Shown in pieces: positions 27,722 to 37,600 of a stretch of 64,000 nt of DNA; positions within the stretch are counted from its first letter, which is position 1, and each line of letters starts with the position of its first letter. The notes beneath the pieces are model-generated. The model saw only the letters and a program-made list of their open reading frames with translations. It was not told the DNA's origin and did not search any database. Made by a program: the position numbers and the translations under genes. The DNA is from Limnohabitans sp. GTDB lineage: Bacteria; Pseudomonadota; Gammaproteobacteria; Burkholderiales; Burkholderiaceae_C. The stretch covers positions 50,413 through 114,412 of the forward strand of contig CAXNMP010000004.1 of the NCBI GenBank assembly GCA_964203565.1, given 5' to 3'.

Positions 27722-28117
27722 ATGAAGAAGAGCTTAATTTTGTTGGGTTTGTTTATCGCGCCCTTATTGGGTGCTGCACAAGGGGTAGATTTTATTTATC
27801 CAAAAGATGGCGATACTGTAGAGCCAACATTTTGGGCTAAATTTTCTGTCAGCGGTTTGGAATTGGTGCCCGCAACTGAGGTGAGGCCAGGGACCGGACA
27901 TCATCATTTGTTTATCAATGCAGTTGATATTGAAGAGAATGTTGTGATTCCCTTCGATAACCAGCATAAGCACTATGGAAAAGGGCAAAAAGAAGCTGAA
28001 ATTTTTTTACAGCCAGGCAAATATAAATTGACTTTGCAATTTGGGGATAGCGCTCACCGCTCCTATGGCGCAGCTTTTAGAAAAACAATTTCAATCAATG
28101 TGGTTGGTAAACCCTGA
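27722..28117 (+). CDS. DUF4399 domain-containing protein
   Basis: F..PKDG..V, GHHHLFIN, HYGKGQ.E, L.PG.Y.LTLQFGD..H. Confidence 0.88.
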   Translation: MKKSLILLGLFIAPLLGAAQGVDFIYPKDGDTVEPTFWAKFSVSGLELVPATEVRPGTGHHHLFINAVDIEENVVIPFDNQHKHYGKGQKEAEIFLQPGKYKLTLQFGDSAHRSYGAAFRKTISINVVGKP

Positions 28118-28226
28118 AGCCAATGCACCTCTGTATTTAAATCTTTGACCGAATAAATAAAGAGCGTAATTAATCATGACCACTTGGCCTACATCTTTTT
28201 TCGCCGACTACAGCTAAACAACCAAC

Positions 28227-28285
28227 ATTTCAAAGTTCGGTGTCTGAGCAAGGAGTCGAACTTTGAGCTTTTTCAGTTCGAGTCC
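28227..28285 (+). repeat. Arm fragment of the att-like element
   Basis: ATTTCAAAGTTC.GTGTC..GGAGTCGAACTTTGAGCTTTTTC.GTTCGAGTCC nearly matches 11133-11191. Confidence 0.8.
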
Positions 28286-28437
28286 GGATCCAGATCAGTG
28301 AAGCTACGCACCAAGCCTTGATTCATCCGTTTTCAGTTGAACACAGAGGCGTCATTGAAGTCAAAGGTAAAGGAGAGATGAGTACTTGGTTCTTGAACAA
28401 TAGCGGGATCGCTCCCCCACTCTGCGCAGCATGAAAG

Positions 28438-30459
28438 TTAAAACTTGTCCCATAGCTGACGCACAACATAGTCAGCACCTCTGAGGCTCAGGTGATCATC
28501 ATCCATGTAAAACAAGACCTCATTCTTTGAGCCGAAACACCATTCGTCATCGCACAATGCTTGGGCTAAATCAATCACTTTGATTTCAGGCCGTTGCGAC
28601 AATATCTGATTCACCCCAGCCCTGTGTATCTGGGTTCTGGCCACAAAATCACTTTTTTTAACTGCACACGGGTCCATCACCTTGTTTGAAATAACAACTG
28701 GCCTGAAAGTAAAACAGCTTCGGATATCAAATCCAAGTTCAGGAACATCATGTAAGAAAGTTACATTTTTTTTGGTGGCAAGCAAAGCATCCAAGGTATT
28801 TGCCAAGCCCATTAGGAAAACCTCTTCATTGCTTCGCAGGCCACTGTCTTCACCCTCAAAGTGCAGAACCCAAGTTCCAAATTGTGTTGCCTCAATATCT
28901 CCAAAACCTTTTCCAGTTGTGTACATGGGCCCACGGCTGGTCAGTATCACTTCTTTGATGGCAGGATCCTCGATCACTCTTCTAATTGCTTGTGTACCTT
29001 TTTTTATACAGTTTCTGGTGTCACCGCCTAGGTCTTGTATGACCACATTTAAAAGGGGGGGACATCCATCACTTCCACCATAAAGACCTAGGGCCTGCCC
29101 TTTAGCTTTGAAACGCTCAACCAGGCCAGCGTAAATGGTCAGTGCATGGCTGTCTCCAATAACCACAGTCGTTGGGTCAGGTCCACTGCTAAGGCAGCGT
29201 GGCCCCTCATTACTTGAGTCGCTGCAATACCATTCGGTACTGGTTGGAATATCGAATGACAAGTCAGAGAGTTGTACGTCAATCGATTGGTTGGCAAATC
29301 TTGACTTGAATCCATCCGAAATATAAGTGGAGAACCCAATACCTGCAGTGATCACCATAAGTGTGATCAAAGTGTATGTTTTAGCCTTTTGATGGTTTCC
29401 AAAACGGATTGGGCGCTCAATAAAAAAATAGGTAAGCAAAGACAAAACAAATGCAATGGCGATACAGAAAAGACTTATGTGCCACTCTGGCTGACCACGT
29501 TCAACAATTCTTGCAAATGACAGCAACGGCCAATGCCATAAATACAAAGGGTAACTGATCAATCCAATGCCCATAAGGATTCGGTTGGAGAGAATCGATT
29601 GGTTAAACCATGCTTTGTTCCCTGCCAGAATGATCATCACGGTGCCCATCACGGGCAACAGCGCCCAGCTACCCGGAAAGAGTTGATCTTGATGGATAAA
29701 TAGCAAGCCCAACGATAAGAGCAGCAGCCCCAAAATAGACAGCACCTGATTGAAGGCGGTGTTGCTTGAAAGCTTGGTTCTGAAAGAGCTATGTTTGACG
29801 AAGTCTGCTTGAACACAGAAGGCTAACAAACTCCCTGCTAACAACTCCCATATTCTGGTGAAGGGCAAGAAGAATGTTGCGGATGTATTTTTCTCTATCA
29901 AGAACAGGTTTAACAAAAACGACCCCAGCAAAAGCAAAGAAGTTACTCTTATGGCGTTTAATTTATATTTGAATAGAAGGCAAAGAGTGAGAGGCCAGAA
30001 TAAATAAAACTGCTCCTCAATACCAAGGCTCCAAAGATGCAAAAGTGGTTTTGTATTGGCGGCGTAATCAAAGTAGCCGCTTTCACTCCAAAAAATCCAA
30101 TTTGGAATTAACAATGCAGTTGCCGATATGTGCTTACCCAGTGATTTGTATTCATCTGAAAGCAATGCGAACCAAGCAAATGTTTGACAGGCCAGCAACA
30201 CCAAAATCAGTGATGGGAAAAGACGCCTTACTCTGCTTGCATAAAAAGCAAGGATACTGAAATTTTGTTCCCTAAGACGGACCTGAATAAGATTGGTTAT
30301 CAAAAAACCCGAGATCACAAAGAAAACATCGACGCCAATAAACCCGCCAGAAACCCATTCGGGAAAAGCATGGAATGCAATAACTGCCAGTACAGCTATT
30401 GCGCGCAATCCGTCTATGTCGGGACGGTAGCTGGTGGCGTACACAGTTTTCAAACGCAA
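28438..30459 (-). CDS. Acyltransferase-3/SGNH fusion (OafA/OatA-like O-acetyltransferase)
   Basis: YRPDIDGLRAIAV, GVDVFFVISGFLIT, HLWSLGIEEQFY, IGDSHA, DDDHLS. Confidence 0.93.
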   Translation of the reverse strand: MRLKTVYATSYRPDIDGLRAIAVLAVIAFHAFPEWVSGGFIGVDVFFVISGFLITNLIQVRLREQNFSILAFYASRVRRLFPSLILVLLACQTFAWFALLSDEYKSLGKHISATALLIPNWIFWSESGYFDYAANTKPLLHLWSLGIEEQFYLFWPLTLCLLFKYKLNAIRVTSLLLLGSFLLNLFLIEKNTSATFFLPFTRIWELLAGSLLAFCVQADFVKHSSFRTKLSSNTAFNQVLSILGLLLLSLGLLFIHQDQLFPGSWALLPVMGTVMIILAGNKAWFNQSILSNRILMGIGLISYPLYLWHWPLLSFARIVERGQPEWHISLFCIAIAFVLSLLTYFFIERPIRFGNHQKAKTYTLITLMVITAGIGFSTYISDGFKSRFANQSIDVQLSDLSFDIPTSTEWYCSDSSNEGPRCLSSGPDPTTVVIGDSHALTIYAGLVERFKAKGQALGLYGGSDGCPPLLNVVIQDLGGDTRNCIKKGTQAIRRVIEDPAIKEVILTSRGPMYTTGKGFGDIEATQFGTWVLHFEGEDSGLRSNEEVFLMGLANTLDALLATKKNVTFLHDVPELGFDIRSCFTFRPVVISNKVMDPCAVKKSDFVARTQIHRAGVNQILSQRPEIKVIDLAQALCDDEWCFGSKNEVLFYMDDDHLSLRGADYVVRQLWDKF

Positions 30460-30495
30460 TGGAAGCCCAAGCTGAAAAAAAGTTTTGTGGTCGAC

Positions 30496-31710
30496 TTAAG
30501 AACCGGATCTGCCCTTTTCAAGCCGTTGTAAAACTTGCTGACCTGATTCAGCCACTTTTTGCATACTGGCTTCCAATAACGCCATTTCCCTCAAAGACTG
30601 CGATAAAGCTTGGTACTGGGCTGCCTGCGCCTTTGCTAACTCAGGCGAGGGTGATGCCTCTTTGACTGCATTGGTGATGGACGAAAAACTGCTCTGTAAT
30701 TTCGCCAACTGAGCACGCAAAGGTGCAAGCTCATCGCGACGCTGAGAAGAATTGGACAAGTCATCCAAGGTTTGAACCAATACTTCAAATGCACCTGCCT
30801 CTCGAGCAGCAACAATTTGCATTGACAGGTTACGTTGACTTTCATTCCAACTGTTTTGAAATGTATCGTCGCGCATACCGTCTAACTGCTGCTCAAGGTG
30901 GCGGTTGAGAACACCAAGGCGAGAGCCCACAGCAACCACCTCGCTGAGAATGCCATCAAGGTCGTGCACAATTTGCTTGACTCGATCTAAGAAGTGATTG
31001 ATGTCCTGCGCTAACTCTCCAAATTCATCATTTGAATTGACTTTGGTACGAGGAGACAAGTTCATCACGCCTTTGGCCAATGAAGCTGCTGTGGTGCGCA
31101 ATGCCAACAAGGGCTCCATGCGAACTTTAAGTAAGAAAAACAGCACTATGGTGTGTATGACAATTTTGATACTCAAGGCGCTGGCAGTCACACGAACCTC
31201 TTGCCACCAAGTCGCCTCTTTACGCGACAAATAGCTTCTTACCGTCACTGTTCCGAGCACGTCACCCACTTTCGCCTTGACATGACAGCCTAGACAAAAC
31301 TGTTCAGCCTTGAGTTGTACGGACGACTCGCTGTTATCCCCTTCTGGCCAGGGCTGTATCAAGCCAATTGGATTTAACTTAAAGGTTTGCTTGATAGACT
31401 CAACAGTGATGTCTGAAGGAGCAACTGCAATGGATAAACCCAAGCTGTCGTAGTTGCGATTCAAAATTGGGTAGACCGTTTGAGCTGCTGTTGGTCCACC
31501 AGAATTCAGCATGATCGATTTGACGTCATCTGCCAGTAGCTGAGCTGCGCGCTCAACTCGCTGGGGTTCATAGCTTTTGAAGTCGTAGACAAGGACCGCG
31601 TAGCGAATGCCCAGTTCAAGGCCAGCAACTACAATCAAAAGCAAGAAGAAGTCCCGAATCATGTGAAACATGAAGGACTGCTCAAACCTGCCAAAACTGC
31701 TTTCTTTCAT
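30496..31710 (-). CDS. Membrane sensor with periplasmic c-type heme motif and HAMP domain (MCP-like)
   Basis: TM, CLGCH, TM, HAMP (PL..L..LAKG.MNLS.R..VNSNDEFGELA..IN.FL), short coiled-coil tail. Confidence 0.75.
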   Translation of the reverse strand: MKESSFGRFEQSFMFHMIRDFFLLLIVVAGLELGIRYAVLVYDFKSYEPQRVERAAQLLADDVKSIMLNSGGPTAAQTVYPILNRNYDSLGLSIAVAPSDITVESIKQTFKLNPIGLIQPWPEGDNSESSVQLKAEQFCLGCHVKAKVGDVLGTVTVRSYLSRKEATWWQEVRVTASALSIKIVIHTIVLFFLLKVRMEPLLALRTTAASLAKGVMNLSPRTKVNSNDEFGELAQDINHFLDRVKQIVHDLDGILSEVVAVGSRLGVLNRHLEQQLDGMRDDTFQNSWNESQRNLSMQIVAAREAGAFEVLVQTLDDLSNSSQRRDELAPLRAQLAKLQSSFSSITNAVKEASPSPELAKAQAAQYQALSQSLREMALLEASMQKVAESGQQVLQRLEKGRSGS

Positions 31711-31757
31711 GGCTGCTCCTGTTTACTTCATTGGTAGTATATTGATTCAATACGAGC

Positions 31758-32318
31758 ATGCCCTTGAACCTTGATCCTTATTCATTGGAATTAGCTCGCG
31801 CCCAATGGCGTTGGCGTGGGACGGACCGCCCTTTCTTTGCAGAGCCCCCGAAGCAAGGTCAAATTTCCGTGTGGGACTTTCCGCGCCCGCCAGAACTCAT
31901 TCGTGATGAGCGCGAGATCGTGGTGCATTGGGGCAAGTCGCTGGTGGCCAGAACGTGTGGTGCTTGGGCGGTCAGGGAGACCTCGCACCCGCCCACCTTT
32001 TACCTTCCGATAGCGGATGTCATCCATACACTTTTGCGCCCTGCAGGTCGAGGCTCATTTTGCGAGTGGAAAGGCCCCGCACTTTATTGGGATCTGATGG
32101 ATGGCGAACATCGTTTGCCCCGGGTTGCTTGGAGCTATCCGCAACCCTTGGCTGGAGCAGAGCCGCTGGCTGATTGCATTGCTTTTTATGCGCACCATCT
32201 TGAATGCACCATCAATGGGGAAAAGGTTGTTCCACAGTCAGGTGGGTTCTATGGAGGATGGATCACACCTGATCTGTCTGGTCCATTTAAAGGTGAACCC
32301 AACAGCAGCGACTGGTAA
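31758..32318 (+). CDS. DUF427 domain-containing protein
   Basis: SVWDFPRPP, ETSHPPTFYLP, SFCEWKG.A.YW, AWSYP.P, GGFYGGWIT. Confidence 0.9.
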   Translation: MPLNLDPYSLELARAQWRWRGTDRPFFAEPPKQGQISVWDFPRPPELIRDEREIVVHWGKSLVARTCGAWAVRETSHPPTFYLPIADVIHTLLRPAGRGSFCEWKGPALYWDLMDGEHRLPRVAWSYPQPLAGAEPLADCIAFYAHHLECTINGEKVVPQSGGFYGGWITPDLSGPFKGEPNSSDW

Positions 32319-32334
32319 CAAGGAATACTCGTCT

Positions 32335-32709
32335 TTAGTTATCAAGCACTGCCCTGGCCCTGCGTTGCAGCCAAGGGCGCAAGGGCAAGAATGCCTTGTA
32401 TGCAAGCTCAAGCATGGATGTCACTGGCCAAAAGCTGGCAATATGTCCTGCATATTTCCATGCACCAGGCAGCAGTGTCCACATCAATGCGAAACCTGCC
32501 GCGCCGCTGAACATGCGGCCATCGGTTGTCCTCACATGAAAACGTCTAGGCAAGTCTTGCTGGCAGTAGCCGTCGGGACAACTGGCATCATTGAGTGAAA
32601 CATCCACCCATGCCAACTTGCGAGAAATATCAAGCCTTTGGTAGTAGGCAATATCTCGTCTGCACATCGGGCAAGAACCATCAAAGAATACCTCCAGTGA
32701 GGTGCTCAT
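32335..32709 (-). CDS. DCC family thiol-disulfide oxidoreductase (DUF393)
   Basis: FFDGSCPMCRRDI, RFHV. Confidence 0.85.
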   Translation of the reverse strand: MSTSLEVFFDGSCPMCRRDIAYYQRLDISRKLAWVDVSLNDASCPDGYCQQDLPRRFHVRTTDGRMFSGAAGFALMWTLLPGAWKYAGHIASFWPVTSMLELAYKAFLPLRPWLQRRARAVLDN

Positions 32710-32722
32710 GGCCAAAACCCAG

Positions 32723-32959
32723 TCAGATGCCCAACATCTTTTTAGCCTCACCAAGCGCTTTCATGGATTCATCGTGCTTACCGGCTTTATGGAATTTTTC
32801 GCCCTCTTCGCGAAGTGCCTTGACCTTCACCAAATCTGAATCAGACAATTTCGCATTTGCCATCTTTGCATCAATGGCTTTCATTTCATTGGGACAGTTA
32901 TGGGCAAATGCCATGCTTGTGACAAAAGCCAGTGATACGACGAGAAATTTTTTCATCAT
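32723..32959 (-). CDS. Small secreted helical protein
   Basis: Signal-AHNCP..MKAID...GEKFHKAGKHDESM. Confidence 0.75.
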   Translation of the reverse strand: MMKKFLVVSLAFVTSMAFAHNCPNEMKAIDAKMANAKLSDSDLVKVKALREEGEKFHKAGKHDESMKALGEAKKMLGI

Positions 32960-33140
32960 TTTTCCTTTGGTAAAGTTAACACTGCCAGTACACGCTTGAA
33001 TGATGGCTCAAGCCCTTAACAAACTCAGACTTAATCTAGCACATCCCTCCACTTGTTTGTAACATTTACCCTATCATTCCAGCTAAACCCCCTCAAAATC
33101 TATTCACTTTTTATTTTCAAACTTCCAATGAGTACGCTCA

Positions 33141-33428
33141 GTGTCAGTCAGCAAATTCATTAAACACAAGGCCTTAACTGCAGGTGACATATCCCTTGTG
33201 ATTCAAATGGCATGGGAAGACCGTACGTCCTTTGAGACGATCAAAGACCGCATGGGCTTGACAGAAGCCGAGGTCATTCGACTCATGAGGTCTGAATTGA
33301 AGCCCCAGTCTTTCAACTTGTGGAGAAGGCGGGTTGCGGGCAGAGTGACCAAACACCGCGCCTTGAGAGATCCGTCGATGAAGTTCAATGATCGCCATAT
33401 TGCAGATCACCGCAGAGCCAATTGCTAA
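33141..33428 (+). CDS. TIGR03643 family protein
   Basis: IQMAWEDRTSFETI...GL.EAEVI.LMR.ELKP.SF.LWRRRV.GR.TKH. Confidence 0.88.
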   Translation: MSVSKFIKHKALTAGDISLVIQMAWEDRTSFETIKDRMGLTEAEVIRLMRSELKPQSFNLWRRRVAGRVTKHRALRDPSMKFNDRHIADHRRANC

Positions 33429-33456
33429 CTCAACCCAGTGACGCAAAAGAGCGGCC

Positions 33457-33903
33457 ATGTCAAATCACATCAATAAGCCTTCCTTGACTGCCCTGCTTCT
33501 CGGTTTTGGTGGATTGATTCCTTTTATCGGGCTGTCAGGTCTTTCAGTGCTCACTTCAGACACCCATCAGCAAACACTTTTGTTCAGTCTTTTGGCATAT
33601 GGCGCAACCATCATCAGCTTTTTAGGCGCTATACATTGGGGACTAACGATGAGGGAACCTTCTCCACACAGTCTGCGACTTGTGTGGGGCGTGATACCAA
33701 GTCTGGTCGCTTGGCTAAGCTTGATTTTCAGTACGCAAGTGGGTCTTGCTATGGAGTGTTCTATCCTTTGGGTCTGTTTTCTTGTGGACTACAAAACTTA
33801 CCCCCATTTCAATTTATCGGCTTGGCTAAAGTTGAGATTTGCATTGACGCTTATTGCAAGTGTGAGTTTGTTAGCGCCACTTGCTTTGATCAACATGCAA
33901 TAA
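33457..33903 (+). CDS. DUF3429 membrane protein
   Basis: LGFGGLIPF, YGATIISFLGAIHWG, WGVIPSLVAW, W.KLRF.LT. Confidence 0.88.
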   Translation: MSNHINKPSLTALLLGFGGLIPFIGLSGLSVLTSDTHQQTLLFSLLAYGATIISFLGAIHWGLTMREPSPHSLRLVWGVIPSLVAWLSLIFSTQVGLAMECSILWVCFLVDYKTYPHFNLSAWLKLRFALTLIASVSLLAPLALINMQ

Positions 33904-33927
33904 ATTGAGAAACCATCAAACAGTACC

Positions 33928-35449
33928 ATGAGCTACTCTTTGGTTTGGTTCAAACGTGACTTGCGCTGGCAAGACCATTCTGCGTTGGCCAATGCGAGTC
34001 GCAATGGTCCCGTCAGATGCATTTATGTCATTGAACCTGAACTGTGGCTACAACCTGACGCCGCACTTCAGCACTTCGAATTTGTGCGCGAGTCATTGCA
34101 AATATTGGACGCACATTTTCGCTCTCTAGAAGGGTGCATTGAAATTCATCATGGGGAATTGCCAGATGTTCTGAGTCGAATTTGGCAAGACGCGCCATTT
34201 GCAGGGTTGTACTCACATGAAGAAACAGGTAATGGATTCACTTATGCACGCGATCTGAAAGTTTCAGCATGGTGCAAATTGCACGGCGTTGATTGGCATG
34301 AAACCCCACAGTTTGGCGTTGTGCGGCGCTTGAAAAATCGCAACCTTTGGCAAAGCGCATGGGAGCGACATATGATGTCGCCTATTGAAAACACGGTTTC
34401 ATTGCGCTTTTGGGGGAAACCTGCTGAGCGAGCTTTTTCAATGCTTGCCCCCAGTCATTTGAAACACGACCCGCCTATGCGGCAAATTGGAGGTCGTGTT
34501 AATGCCTTGAAAACATTACACAGTTTTCTCAACGCTCGAAGCATTGGATACAGAGGCGGTATTTCTTCACCTTTGACTGCTCCCGATGCATGCTCTAGGT
34601 TGTCGGTCTATTTGACCTATGGCTGCATCAGTATGCGCGAAGTGGTACAGCAAACACGCGCTCACATTGCAGAGCTGCCGCAGCAGGCAAGCAGACACCG
34701 AGCCGGCTTGACAGCATTTACAAGTCGCCTCTACTGGCATTGCCATTTCATTCAAAAGCTCGAGAGTGAGCCTGAAATCGAATGGCGCAATATGCACCAA
34801 GGGTATGACGATTTGCGCGAACATGACTTCAACCTCGAATACTTCGAAGCACTCAAAGATGCTCGCACGGGTTGGCCCATGGTCGACGCCTGTGTCAACA
34901 TGCTAAGAGAAACGGGTTGGCTGAACTTTCGCATGCGGGCGATGCTGGTCTCGGTCGCGGCCTATCCCTTATGGCTACATTGGCGGCCTTGTCGGTGAAT
35001 GGTTGGCGACTCAATTTTTAGACTACGAACCTGGTATTCACTGGAGCCAATTACAGATGCAATCAGGCACCACTGGGATCAATACCACACGCGTGTACAA
35101 CCCCATCAAGCAAGCGCAAGACCACGATCCATACGGAAAATTTGTCAGGCGATGGCTGCCTCACATGCGACATGTACCAGACATATGGCTGTTTGAACCC
35201 TGGCTGATGCCCGAACAACAGAAAAACAAGCTTGCACTCAGCGGTCATATCGTCGAACCACTCGTTGATTTGGCTTCTTCTACGCGTGAATCAAAACAAC
35301 GCTTGTACGCTAGACGAAAAGAGCCTGAGATCATTAAAGGGAAAAAAGCTGTCATTGATAAGCACGCCTCTCGAAAATCCATGCCGCCCCGCAAAAAAGC
35401 AATGACGACAAGTAGACTCAGCGAAAGTCAGCTTGGCTTTGACTTTTAG
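33928..35449 (+). pseudogene. Cryptochrome/photolyase family gene split by a +1 frameshift at about 34989-34990
   Basis: LVWFKRDLRWQDH..CSRLSVYL.YG..TGWPMVDAC..GWLNFRMRAM; removing one T restores HWRPVGEWLATQFLDYEPGIHWSQ and fuses ORFs 33928-34998 and 35003-35449. Confidence 0.88.
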
Positions 35450-35491
35450 CTGTGTAGAAAACAGGTATCAAAATTCAACGCTCAGAATGAG

Positions 35492-36106
35492 ATGAAAACC
35501 ATGAAATTTCTGCTGGTGTTTTTTCTAAACTTGTTATGGATTGGAAACGTCTTGGCGATCGAAGAGCCAAAATTTGAAGTTCTCCTGACAGATGGTTCTT
35601 TTGAAATTCGACAGTACGCACCCTACTTGACTGCAGAAACATTGGTGATGGGGGACATGGATGAAGCTTCTGGTAGAGGTTTCAGACTGATTGCAGACTA
35701 TATTTTTGGCAACAACCAAGCCATCAATTCAGCGACAAGCGAAAAAATCTCCATGACTGCACCGGTAACCATAGAGCCTCAAATGAACGCTGGGAGCATG
35801 GAAACCTCTAAGCAGTGGCTTGTCAAGTTCATCATGCCCAGTCAATACACTTTAGCGACTATTCCAAAACCTAAAAACAGCGCTGTGAACTTACGAGAAG
35901 TTCCTAGCAAGCGATACGCTGTTCTGAAATATTCTGGATTTAATTTTCAATCGAAAGTTCAAAGCAAAACCCAAGAGGCTATTGAATGGGTTGCCAAGAG
36001 AAATCTACAAGCCACTGGGCAGCCTCAATTGTCCAGGTATGACCCTCCTTGGACCTTACCCATGCTCAGGCGAAATGAAATCATGATCGAAATTTCAAAT
36101 CAGTGA
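35492..36106 (+). CDS. SOUL family heme-binding protein
   Basis: IEEPKFEV, FEIRQY, GFRLIADYIFGNN, ISMTAPV, YDPPWTLP..RRNE. Confidence 0.92.
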   Translation: MKTMKFLLVFFLNLLWIGNVLAIEEPKFEVLLTDGSFEIRQYAPYLTAETLVMGDMDEASGRGFRLIADYIFGNNQAINSATSEKISMTAPVTIEPQMNAGSMETSKQWLVKFIMPSQYTLATIPKPKNSAVNLREVPSKRYAVLKYSGFNFQSKVQSKTQEAIEWVAKRNLQATGQPQLSRYDPPWTLPMLRRNEIMIEISNQ

Positions 36107-36123
36107 TTGCCCCAAAACGCCAC

Positions 36124-36843
36124 TCAGACCTGCAGGCTTTCAGCCACTTCTGCAAGGTCACGAACTGTCCAGGGTTGTGGTGATTGATGCGCCCAAAGAT
36201 GTCCTTCTGGATTGATCCATACCGTTTGTAAACCGGCTTCTTTAGCTCCCCAGACATCGGCAATCGCATCGTCTCCAATATGCAGTACCTGCTCAGGACT
36301 CAAGCCTAAATATGTCGTAGCAGCATGGTAAATTTTTGCTGCCGGCTTTGCGATACCCACCTCATGCGCGCTGAATGCCGCATCAAAGTAAGGACCGGCG
36401 GGTGTAACAAACACATTAGCAGTGCCATTGGATATTGCTACCAAACGATATTTCAAGGCAAGGCGGGCCAGTGCCTGTTCTACACCTTGAAAGAGCGTAA
36501 CCCGTTGTCTAGCTGCATCAAACACAGCATACGCATCATCTGCTAAAAACGGGTCGTCACCTGCAAGACGCAGACTTTCACGAATCATTTCTCGTCGTAA
36601 AAAGCCAAGATCGTGAGCGTGAGCATGGTGTTTTGCGGTTACTTCTTGGCGAATGGCTTTTTTAACCTCACTTTGTCGGGTCAAGTCTGCCGTTTTGGGT
36701 GCGTGAGTGGATAACCAGTCAAATAAATCTTTCTCTGCACCTGCGATCGTCGGGGCAACAGGCCACAAGGTATCGTCGAGGTCTAGGGTAATCGCTTTGA
36801 TATCAGCAATTGATTTCTTGAAAAGAATATCCTTGTTTTGCAT
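36124..36843 (-). CDS. HAD-IA family hydrolase
   Basis: TLDLDDTLW, ISNG, AKP, HIGDD..ADVWGA. Confidence 0.9.
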   Translation of the reverse strand: MQNKDILFKKSIADIKAITLDLDDTLWPVAPTIAGAEKDLFDWLSTHAPKTADLTRQSEVKKAIRQEVTAKHHAHAHDLGFLRREMIRESLRLAGDDPFLADDAYAVFDAARQRVTLFQGVEQALARLALKYRLVAISNGTANVFVTPAGPYFDAAFSAHEVGIAKPAAKIYHAATTYLGLSPEQVLHIGDDAIADVWGAKEAGLQTVWINPEGHLWAHQSPQPWTVRDLAEVAESLQV

Positions 36844-36949
36844 AAGAAATTGATCAAACTTTTTTTAACTGTCATTGTTGCTTTATGGCCTTGTCATATC
36901 CAAACAAGCTGTTGTACTGAGAGCCAAGGGTGACTTTTTACCCTCAAAT

Positions 36950-37561
36950 TTAAAATTCTCCGCTGTGACCAATCAATGAATCGATGATTTGCAATCTCTT
37001 TAATGGATCGAGTTCGGATAAGAGCTGGACCTTCAACTCTGTACTGATGCCTAGGGCTTCAGCATACCGATTGGCCACCCAGCCACATTGGTCTAGGCAA
37101 TAGGGTTGCAAAATAGGCAATCTGTTAATTTGTCCTTGCTTTTGAGCACTTGAGATGATTTTCCCCAAACGTGCGGCATGGTGCTCTAGATAAACAGGTA
37201 ATTCAACCTCTGGGTCCTGTGCAAGGATGGAGATCTCTCCTTGCCATACACCATAGGGTCCAGGCTTTGTGTCATTTAACTCAAAGCGAAGTCCTCCTTG
37301 GCAAATGACACGAAATAAATTGGGTTGCACCTGCTCAAATTCGCGAATATGCGCACTGCAACCATAGCTGTGCAACATAGGTGTCTCGCCAGGCACTTGT
37401 ACTTCGCTGCCTTTTTTCAGCCAAACCACGCCAAACGGAAGTTGTTGTTGATGGCAACGCTTGATCAAGTCAAGATATCGAACCTCGAAAATTTGAAGAG
37501 CCAACATGCCATCAGGAAAGAGGCCGTGGGAGAGAGGGAAAAGAGGAATTTGACTCGACAT
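36950..37561 (-). CDS. LON peptidase substrate-binding domain protein
   Basis: IPLFPL..LFPDG.L.LQIFEVRYLDL, FGVV, WVANR.AE. Confidence 0.88.
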   Translation of the reverse strand: MSSQIPLFPLSHGLFPDGMLALQIFEVRYLDLIKRCHQQQLPFGVVWLKKGSEVQVPGETPMLHSYGCSAHIREFEQVQPNLFRVICQGGLRFELNDTKPGPYGVWQGEISILAQDPEVELPVYLEHHAARLGKIISSAQKQGQINRLPILQPYCLDQCGWVANRYAEALGISTELKVQLLSELDPLKRLQIIDSLIGHSGEF

Positions 37562-37600
37562 GACGTATGTTTTGTAGCTAATTTCTCCAGACTAAAGACA

